Shown here piece after piece: positions 53,359 through 64,000 of a stretch of DNA of 64,000 nucleotides (position 1 is its first letter; every line of letters starts with the position of its first letter). Source of the stretch: Eledone cirrhosa. Its lineage: Eukaryota. The stretch spans positions 189,906,001-189,970,000 of the forward strand of contig OZ024740.1 of the NCBI GenBank assembly GCA_964016885.1, in the 5' to 3' direction. The position numbers and the translations under genes were made by a program. Under the pieces are notes generated by a model. The model worked only from the letters and a program-made list of their open reading frames with translations. It was not told the DNA's origin and did not search any database.

Positions 53359-55710
53359 CATACATACATACATACATACATACATACACACACTCAAGCA
53401 TATATATATAAGTGTGCGTTTATGGGAGAGGTAGAAGGGACGAATGATATATACATATATATTTATTACTGTAATAATGAATCTAAGAATATATAGGCAT
53501 TGAGGGATATTTTGAGTTCTGCACTTATAGGTCATAATGTCCAGATTGATTATGGATAAGTTTATAGTTTCCATATTGCTTGACTAACTGTAGAACTACT
53601 TTACATTGCATATAATGAATACCATATGCTAATTCTCTCTAAATACATCAACAGCTGACATGTAAGATTTGAATATGTCTGACAGCTGAAACTAAGTATA
53701 TCCGTTTCAATATATATGGTTTGTACATTATGTTTAATTTATATATAATATTCCTACATTTGTCATGTATCAGTAATCGAAACGTTTATAATGGTCAAAC
53801 ATTATCTCTCTTTCTGTACGTGCTTAGGATCCCCCTTATATATATATATAGATATATAATAAACTTAGGAAAATCAACAAACAAGACAACGAGAGAAAAC
53901 AAGCCAAAACGAAAAATACTTTTTTAAAAAGGAGAAACCTCGATTAAGAGACAAGACAAAATAATAACTTATAGCAATTAATCTATAACAAGTGCACACA
54001 GAATTTGATTGGCGTCTGTCAGAAGGAATTATGCTTTTTATGGCACTCTCTGATAAGATAAAATGTCAATGCACCAAAGATATATATATATATATCATTG
54101 TCTGCAATTTTACTTTTATTCTGAATGAATATAAAGGCTACGTGATTAGTTCAGTGGTAGAAAGAAGCATCTAAATGCTCTGTAGCTACTTTGTAGATTG
54201 AGTAAAGCTATGTGCGAAAAATATGAATTATATTTAGAAGTACTTTAACTTGGTGAAGTCCATCTGAATTTATTTTAGGTTAGACTGTGTTTGAGGTACA
54301 TGTTCTACAACATTAAAGACTATTAACATATCAAGCCTGTTTGGTGACATATATAAAAAATGGCCTGGTGATGTTAACGATATTGGAAAGTAATGTAACA
54401 TGTAAATGGGGATGAATGAAAATATATATCCTTAAAGGACACTCGTAACATGAATGTCTTACCAAAGAATATTGCATTCGGGTGATTAGGGCTTAAGTTG
54501 TACTTTCTATAAAAGGGATGTGTGGCTACATGGTGACACATTAAATGAAAACTAGTCTTATTAATCTCTACTAGAAATATACATATTTATACACGGAAAA
54601 CAATGATGTAGAGTGTGAAAATCTCCCTTCATTGAACCATGGAATGTCACATCATATCACGCCGTCAACTTACATTGATCATGAAACGGTGAAGTGTATT
54701 AACGGATTACATGTACATATATTTGGCAAATACCATCATGGAGGTTGGGTGAGAGTTCCCCGGAAATGATTCTCTGACTGATAAGCTGGAATTAATCTAA
54801 AAAGATTTACCCAGCTCCTACACAACAAAGCATCAGATGGACAAATGCTTGTTTATCAGAAAGACATGCATAGCTACGCTCTCAGGAAATTCAAAACGAA
54901 TGTATCAGAAGTAAAGAAAGCCTTCTAGTTTTCTCTAGATTCCTGAATGTTACAGCTACATTCGCATGGTATGGTGTGGTAATCTAGGAGGCTTAAAAGA
55001 GAATGAGCGGGATAGAAAAGATGTAAGTAAATCAACTAGATGTGCCTCCATGAAACTGACACCGAAAATCTAACCCACATCATATGAGACTGGCTTAAAT
55101 GTCATTAATGATACTATCTACCTATGAAGCAGGATGCAGCGGCCCAATCATAATACATTGAAATCCGTAGCAATAAAAGTGTTATGCTACGCTGGGCTTA
55201 GTCATTGATAATATGAAATAGTAGTTGTGACACTTTTCTTTCAAAATCATTACAAGTACCTGGCCCATCTTATGTAGAATAAGGAGTTGGTACAGAAGTC
55301 ACAGTTCTGCGAAATGTTAATATAATGTTAAAATACAAAAGAAGAGAAATTATTATGTTACACAAATAACAGATACTGAGATAATTTGTTTACAGTAAAT
55401 CTATGATGATTGTGTCCCTTGTTTAAGTAATTAAAAGCCGTCGCACGAATCTAGAGAAGATTCACATCGCGGCAACCGAAATGACTACAAACCATTAACA
55501 GAATACTGGAAATATGTAAAACATACAGGTTTAGCCTGTATAGGAACACAAACCTATGAATTGGCAAAAAGATATGAGTGAAAACAAACAGAAGATCATA
55601 TGCAATGACATTTATGAATGCATACATCAACAGCAGATATATACATGCACTTATGTATGCATACGCACACACACGCACATACACACACATATATATATAT
55701 ACACACACAC

Positions 55711-55761
<51 letters not shown>

Positions 55762-55770
55762 CACACACAC

Positions 55771-55842
<72 letters not shown>

Positions 55843-55846
55843 GTAC

Positions 55847-55943
<97 letters not shown>

Positions 55944-56259
55944 CATATATATATACATGGTATGTGTATATGCATTTTTTCTTCTAACTATAATTTCATA
56001 CCTAATTGTGTATGGTTGACGATATATTTAATCGATTTCCACGTGCTATTGAAATGCTGGGTAGATATTCTATAGCTGTTGATCGCGAATAGATGGCTGT
56101 CGTTTATTTATCTATTATTTTTTCATAGGTACCTTTTAATCTTCTAGCCTGGTTTAATAGTTTTTTTGTGTTGTTGATTATGCTAATTTGGAGAGGAAAT
56201 GGAGTATATATATTATCAAATGATTCTATGGACATAATTTATAGTATATATATATATAT

Positions 56260-56327
<68 letters not shown>

Positions 56328-56466
56328 TCTATATATATATATATATATATAAATATATGTATATTTATATATATATATATACACATATACATAGACATAT
56401 ATATACACACACACATATATATATATATATACATATATAGATATACATATATAGATATATATATAC

Positions 56467-56540
<74 letters not shown>

Positions 56541-56615
56541 GTATATATGTATGTGTATATCTATATACACACACAAACATATATACATATATATATATAT
56601 ATATGTATATATGGT

Positions 56616-56648
<33 letters not shown>

Positions 56649-56799
56649 GTATATATGTATATATATATATATATATATATCCATCCTTTCATGTATACAT
56701 GCTTGCAAACATCAATACCTAATTAGTGCCTTCTAAATGTTAATAACAGAACATTGTTCCTGACTAAGTCGCTGGTTATTATTTCCTCGTGACAAATTT

Positions 56800-58200
56800 A
56801 AAAAGTAAAACCATGAGTAGGTAAATATTCCATAGAAACATAACAGCAGGAGTGGTGATTTCACTTTTCGGATATACCTGATTATATCTTATATAAAAGA
56901 ACATACCATATTGTAGAACAATTCAGCTATAGAACACAGGTAACGATTACATGTGTATATGTTCGCACAAGTATCTAAATATGACATAGGATGTAACAAA
57001 CACAAAAAAATAAACAAATACGACAATCAGCCTATCACACAAAATATCTCTGAGGTGCACAGGAACTAAATATGTACGCTGAGATGCACTTGTTGAATTA
57101 AAACAAACTTAAACATTATAATTCTCAAGTTGCGAATAACTTTAAATATAATCATTGTCACATTTGTGAATATATTTGAATAACATCGCCTATTTACAAT
57201 TAAGTACAGATAAACTATAAATAGACACAATCTTCAAGCGTAATGTTATGAAAGTCCATTGTTCCAGTCACATATAAAATGAAAGGAAACCTAAACAACC
57301 AAATTCTATATGAAACAAGTAAAATTCGAGCCCGACCGTTTTGGTAGTATGCAAAGACTAAGATATCAGCTGAATATAAACTACCCAGAAACAATTCGTA
57401 ATCCAGAAATATTCCATCACCCATGGTATATAGAGTATGAAATAGAAACTCATTCATATAACCGAATCGTCGAAATCAACTCAAGAAATCTATATTATCG
57501 GAAATAGAATTATTAAATGCCAATGCAGTTTACAATAAATATTTCAATGCCATTAGCTTCGTTGTGTCACGCAGTACTAACCTGAAGCCAGTAGCGGACA
57601 CGGTCTCACCTGATCAACAATATGTAATTCGCAATTCGAAATGATGAACAACAAAATCAATGTGAGAACTCTAAATACACTGGACACAATGATACATTTA
57701 GTTACACAGAAATGACAAGGAATTAATTCATATAATGGGTAAGGAAAGAACAATGAGCGTGTCGCTTATAGCACTTTTACTATGACAATCCTAACTTTTA
57801 TATTTGTTTTACAGAAATGGTCTCTGTATGAACTAAGGACGGTAGATTTCAGAACTAGGGCACCGCTCAATGTTAATGGAAATGCCAACATGAAAATGAT
57901 ATGTCCTCTGCCTTGTGTGAGAAGTGTCATATTTTCCATGTAGTTAGTAATGGAACTGGCTCTATATATAGATAGCCATGAAATGGTACGATTACATCTG
58001 TAATAGGTCTTACCATACGTCTTCCCAACAATACTAAACATGCCTTTAAACAAAGAATTAACTGTAATAGCATCACCTACAATAGAAGAAAGTCATATTG
58101 AATGAGAAGAGTGTTATGGATAGATGAATGGAAATCAAAATGGAATGCATAAACCACATTAAGGTCCTGTCTAGCAATACAGGATGTTTTCTACTATTTA
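56800..58200 (+). mobile_element. Very old CR1-like LINE remnant
   Basis: Scattered motifs RPFW*YAKTK, HHPWY and EKCHIFH. Confidence 0.3.
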
Positions 58201-58404
58201 TTCCAAGGTCTCTTCACTTTATCTTCCCTTTTTCTATCCATCTATAATTCTTATGTTCAAGGTTAATTTGTATATTCAATACTAATGAAATATTGCCATC
58301 ATAAAATGAAACACTGCGATTTGCATCGATAATAAACAATATATTTTCTCCGATTATGCTTAACATTTCCAGCATACATTTTGTTAGTACATATTTATAC
58401 AGTA

Positions 58405-59267
58405 CTAGCAGTAAAGCCCGGCGTTGCTCGGGGTCGCTCAGTAGCTGTGTTAAAGTTACAATGTTAAGTTTCTTTTTTGGCTTAAAAACTGTAGTGTCTA
58501 CTGTGCAGACTTGCATGTGGTGTGTTTGATTAATATTCCCTCAACCAACAATATGCCTTATGAAGTTAAGAAAACATAACGATAACTCGAATGTTATAAC
58601 AAAAGAGGATGCTGGGGATAAAAACTGCACTGGTTACTCATTAACAAAGATCGAAAATGTAAACACTGCAACGCAGAGAAAAACATTAGCGTAACCAAAT
58701 TATCAGTTATGTCTGTCTGCACGCCTATATCACCTCTCTGCACGACTATCTGTCTGCACGCCTATATCACCTCTCTGCACGACTGTCTGTCTGCACGCGT
58801 ATATCACCTCTCTGCACGACTGTCTGTCTGCACGCCTAACGACGAAATATTGCTTGTTTTACGTAGTCTTTAAATAGACTTGTTTTCAAGTAAAAATATT
58901 GTTTTAAAATGCTTTTAAATGGAAATGAAGCAAAACGAAAGCTTAGTGTTCGAACTGATGAATTTTGTTCGTGTATTGTGTTAATGTCATTTTAAACGCT
59001 GAGAAAGCCAGCGTAATTTGTTACGTAAGACGCTCAATGTAAACAGAACAAAGGGAAATAACTGATAACTTACGCTCAAAAATCGATACATTATATTCGA
59101 TTTCGTCAAATAGGGTGGGTCAATTTGAAATTTTTTTTTCCGATGTCTTCGCTAGGGCTCAATGTACAAGTATAGCAATTTCGGTGCAATTCCGTGAGAG
59201 ATTCTAAGAGGAGATGTGTGCCAAAAATCGATAGACAGACAGACAACCACAGTTTTATATATATAGA
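58405..59267 (-). mobile_element. Non-autonomous Helitron, second copy with expanded 37-bp minisatellite
   Basis: Reverse complement of 50907-51725 with the same termini. The unit CTGTCTGCACGCCTATATCACCTCTCTGCACGACT(A/G)T occurs about 3.5 times (58712-58836) versus about 1.5 times. Confidence 0.9.
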
Positions 59268-59297
59268 TTGTTATGAATGTGGTGGCACTGCACTCCG

Positions 59298-59344
<47 letters not shown>

Positions 59345-59345
<1 letters not shown>

Positions 59346-59642
59346 TGAGTTTATGTTGGTTGTATACCAACACCTAAGTATGCAGGCTGGAGCACTCGAC
59401 GAAGTGCGCAGGTTTGTTTGGTTACTCCGGAGTAGTGTAAAATAAAGTTAAATAAAAGTCAAATGATTAAAATTTAGCTTCGTTTATTACTGCTATATAT
59501 ATTTCAGGCAGTTTGAATTAGTATGGTATAGACAAGTACATATTCAAACTGTCAAGTACTAATTCAAACTGCCTGAAATATATATGGCAGTAATAAACGA
59601 AGCTAAATTTTAATCATTTGACTTTTATTTAACTTTATTTTA
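59345..59642. mobile_element. Family B fold-back with helix-II-deleted HHR in both arms
   Basis: Tail homologous to 1452-1545. Arms 59437-59523 and 59556-59642. Confidence 0.8.
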
Positions 59643-59707
59643 TATATACATATATATATATATGAGTATATATATGCATGAATGAAGTAAGATTTCTGCC
59701 TTTGAAG

Positions 59708-59756
<49 letters not shown>

Positions 59757-59758
<2 letters not shown>

Positions 59759-60080
59759 GGAAACAATGAAACGAAATTTTATTTCCCACTCTTAGTACGG
59801 CTGTTACTTAAATATAAGTAGGTATACGTACATACATATATGTATACATACGTACAGTAGTATGTATATATATATACATACATGCACACATATATATATG
59901 TACGTATGGATTCACCAAACGTTTATTATAATGCTCGGTGTTCTTGTAAACAAACATCCCGTATAAAGCCGCAGTGATTGGTGAATCCATACATACATAT
60001 ATATATGTGTGCATGTATTATATATGTATACATACTACTGTACGTCTGTATACATATATGTATGTACGTATACATTCTTA
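59757..60080. mobile_element. Family D truncated fold-back
   Basis: Matches 40279-40500. Inverted arm 59978-60080. Confidence 0.8.
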
Positions 60081-60100
60081 TATATATATTTATATATATT

Positions 60101-60231
<131 letters not shown>

Positions 60232-60299
60232 ATATAATTTATTTACGTTTCGACACTAGTTTATCATCAGCAGATAGAATGAGAAATAAAAGAATAGAA

Positions 60300-60341
<42 letters not shown>

Positions 60342-60343
<2 letters not shown>

Positions 60344-60744
60344 CGAAGGAAATGTGGTAAGGAACCAGGTGAACTATAACGCACCAAAATACTCAATACT
60401 TAGGGTAGTATAGTGGGTAATAGGAACGAGTAGGACTCCGACGGCTGAGCTCCAGCCGTTTTGACAGTTAATTCTGGACAATTCGGATTTGTGGTCCTTC
60501 AGTGTAAAGTAGGGAGTCCGTGGGTCTAGGGGTTCTGTGCGGTCGGCGACCCCGAGGCTGGAGGTAATTTGTTGTCCATCTCGATTTATGTCCTCGATGC
60601 ATGACTGGTTAGCCTTTTTATAGGTGGAGTTTAGGCTGCTCCTGATCAGTGTGTGGTATCTGTCGGGGTTGACAAAGTAGAGGTTACCAGAATTAGCCGT
60701 CGAAACGGCTTGATCTCAGCCGTCGGGGTCCCACTCGTTCCTAT
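60342..60744. mobile_element. Family L fold-back with HHR-like motif with a full helix III
   Basis: Arms 60420-60477 and 60687-60744. GAAA-CGGCT(TGATCTC)AGCCG-TC, with upstream CTGATCA (mutated core) at 60642. Confidence 0.7.
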
Positions 60745-60783
60745 ATATATATATATCTATATATATATATATATATATATATA

Positions 60784-61295
60784 GTTAAAAGAATAGAGGT
60801 GTAACACACAAGTTATTATATATTGGTAAACGGAATAGAAAATGCTGACAAATTGTTCACAGTTGAAAAATGGTTTAATTAGGAATAAAAGAGTATTAGT
60901 GATTGTATGGGTTAGTATTCAGTTGTGGTTTTAAGTTTTTAAGTTTTTACCGGTTGCGCATTTCTAAATGCTTTTCAAAAATAATTTTGAGATAGAGTGT
61001 CCGTGCTGTTTGCTCTGATATGATTAGTTTTGGGAATTCTACCTGTTTTTATGTTAAAAAAGTGGCTCCAGCGTTATTTTTGTGTTGCAAAAATGCTTGT
61101 GGTCAAAACAATTTTGATTGGTCGGTAGAGGTCATGTGAATGTATAAAGTTAATTTTGCGCCAAGACTGTTTTTATGTTAAAAAAGTGGCTCCAGCAAAA
61201 ATTCTTGGTCAAAACAAATTTGATTGGTCGGTAGAGATCATGTGGATAAAAAATTGGTTTTGCGCCAAGATTGAGAAATGACTCTTTCACAACAA

Positions 61296-61362
<67 letters not shown>

Positions 61363-61366
61363 TGTA

Positions 61367-61415
<49 letters not shown>

Positions 61416-61488
61416 AGTAGTAGTAGTAAGGTGTTCGATGCTGCGACAATGGCCAGCAGCGATGTGTGTCAAATGGCTATTAAGATAA

Positions 61489-61549
<61 letters not shown>

Positions 61550-61667
61550 GCAGAGTCATTCGAAGGTCAAAAGATATTTTTCAGCTGTTGTCTTATACGG
61601 AGAAGTGCGTGTGTGTGTGTGTATAAGTCTCTTTGTATGTTGATGTACGTGTGTGTATGTGTTTGTG

Positions 61668-61706
<39 letters not shown>

Positions 61707-61854
61707 ACCAGTATTTTTTTCCCCCTGGTAAAATGGTGTACATTATTCTATTTTTTCAGTAAAATCGGTTCTCTTAATAGAACATCAAACATCTTAACAA
61801 TAAAAGGTGTGAAATGATATTCACTATATATATATATACACACATACATATATT

Positions 61855-61895
<41 letters not shown>

Positions 61896-62155
61896 TACAT
61901 ACATATATATGCACATATATTTTTTTGTATTGCACCATAGAGCATGTGTGTTTACGTGTGTCATTGTGTTTATATGTGGGTAGAGATGTGTGCTGATGTA
62001 GGTATGTATGTTGACGTGTGTATGTTGTGGGTTCGTCTTCTAAAAACTTAAAACCACAACTGAATACTAACCCATACGATCATTAATACTCTTTTATTCC
62101 TAATTAAACCATTTTTCAACCGTGAACAATTTGTCAGCATTTTCTATTCCGTTTA

Positions 62156-62162
<7 letters not shown>
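60784..62162 (-). mobile_element. Family M: PLE-type 3' region with 120-bp inverted arms and U3-A8 HHR
   Basis: 60820-60941 is an inverted copy of 62041-62162. Minus-strand TTT-TTGAAAA-GCATTT(AG)AAATGC-GCAA-CCGG-TA-AAAA at 60944-60983. Internal direct repeat of about 122 bp at 61044-61270. Confidence 0.7.
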
Positions 62163-62250
<88 letters not shown>

Positions 62251-62282
62251 AAGGGTGTGTATGATTGTGTATAGAAGATTAT

Positions 62283-63507
62283 ATTAATAAAAGGAATTCC
62301 AACTTTGTCTGATTTACACGTTTTATTTCCAATCCTTTAAAATTATAATTATATTATAATGAAATAGTGTGGTAGAACATTAAATGTTAAGTGTTAAGTG
62401 AACATTCATGCTTTTGCAATATTCAGGTTCATATTCAGTGGTGACAACCATGTTTGCAATTTTCAACTGTAATGAGACGGGTAAATTCTGTGCCTTATAT
62501 ACAGTAAAAAGAGGCTACAGAATGCTAAGTTTTACAAACTGTATTTCGACCAATCGGTGTGTAGTTTCACTAGATTACTAAAGATGATTGTTTTAAGCGT
62601 CACGGTTGGTGGAGCATGTCTAACGACTTCTCTTTGACACTATCCAAAACATCAATTGTTCTGCCATTTTTAGAAATGAAGAAAATAGCATTTTCTCAGG
62701 TTTTTATAAAGAATCTTCAGTAATCATCACCATCAACATCACTTTTATTATTATTATTGTTGTTGCTGTTGCTAGTGGTTGTAGTCGACATAGTCGTAGG
62801 CGTATTCATAGTAGGGGTAATACCCCTAAGCATTATTATTTTTCATTTAGCTTGGGTTGAAATGTATCAATAAAATTATTTTCTTTAATGTTTCTCTTGA
62901 TTTCACTTGGGCTGTGTAATTCGTAGAATGGAAATATTATAAATATTTTCTGACCACATGTCGCTAGATGGTTACTCAGGGGTATCTGACGCACATTTAG
63001 GTCTCTGATTTTCTGTCGGTGCACCCGTGCACGTTCCAACACTGCATTTCCAGTTTGACCGACATATAACTCTTCACAATTCGGGTATTTAATGCAGTAA
63101 ATTAGATTTCTGCCTTTGATGTTCATATTTGCATTTGGGAATACTTTTCGAGTTTTTGTGTTCATATATAGACCAGTGTGTACGGATTGACATATGTCAC
63201 ATCAACTATCATTGCATTTAGATACATTGTATTTAGATACAATGAATTCACTGTATTTAAATGCAATGATAGTCGATGTGGCACATGTCAATCCATACAC
63301 ACTGGTCAATATATGAACACAAAAACTGGAAACATATTCCCAAATGCAAATATGAACTGCAAAAGCAGAAATCTAATTTACTGCATTAAATGCCCGAATT
63401 GTGAAGAACTATATGTCGGTCAAACTGGAAATGCACTATCGGAACGTGCACGGGTGCACGGACAGCAAATATGTGACCAAAATGTCCGTCAGATGCCCTT
63501 GAGTAAG
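62283..63507 (-). mobile_element. Family H PLE 3' fragment with fold-back duplication of the GIY-YIG region
   Basis: Minus ORF 62836-63165 (NLIYCIK...LYVGQTG...ERARVH...H...E..FI..FQPKLN) and plus ORF 63178-63591 share this sequence. Palindrome centre GAATTC at 63244-63249. Confidence 0.9.
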
Positions 63508-64000
63508 TTGGGACTTGCCTATGGCCTGCCATGCCATGCATCGCAACACATGTCACGTATCAAGCGCTGCCTGTGCTTAAAACTTTTTTAAGTAAGGAAA
63601 GGCTTTGCACGGGGCCAATCACATTCGCTGTACATCGAATGGATTTACCCAAAAGAACTCTACTCCATAATTTGATGTAATCGTCACCGCTCCTAGAGAA
63701 GTGTCTTAATGATCACAAGGAGTCTCTCGCTCCACACACCAAACAAAACCTTTATTGGATGGCCTTCGACTCTCCTGATTTCCTCCACCATTTGACTGGT
63801 CTAGTTTTTCATCCCGCAGTGTCCAAAATCACCCTCTTTTCCAAGCATGCTTGGTAGGTCTGCCGGTTTAGTCACCGACGACCGGACCTTGCACACGTTG
63901 TACTGTATTACATGTTGCCAGTAGCTCTGAAGAGTGACCTGACAAACACACACACAGACACATGAATGCATACATACTTACCTACATTCAATACAAGAAC

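Noticed and set aside
58712-58836. CRISPR-like 37-bp repeats
   Set aside because: The units are tandem with no unique spacers, lie inside a Helitron, and the context is eukaryotic.

Overview
AT-rich, microsatellite-dense animal DNA. It is most likely a coleoid cephalopod such as Octopus, judged from the recurrent tRNA-derived SINE and the repeat landscape. I could not support any host protein-coding exon, and most listed ORFs are microsatellite artefacts. The window is almost entirely mobile-element debris: Tx1/L1-, R4/Dong-, RTE- and CR1-like LINE fragments, SINEs, two hAT elements, a Tc1/mariner deletion derivative, Helitrons, and several Penelope-like element (PLE, GIY-YIG) fragments. The main signal is roughly 20 small insertions from at least 12 unrelated sequence families that sit in or next to (TA)n tracts and share one architecture. 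Each is a fold-back with two arms pointing outward, one arm carries a 3' tail, and most contain a type I hammerhead ribozyme (HHR) or a decayed or partial one, often on both strands. Three families are attached to PLE coding sequence. Four others appear as non-coding tandem monomers of about 442, 468, 567 and 593 nt, which are retrozyme-like. The hammerheads include unusual variants: a U3-A8 core, a 100-185 nt helix II, a (UA)n helix III and a tandem-GA helix III. One Naiad-type PLE has two TGA codons at zinc-finger Cys positions, suggesting selenocysteine. Family letters are my own labels, and all structures were read by eye rather than computed.
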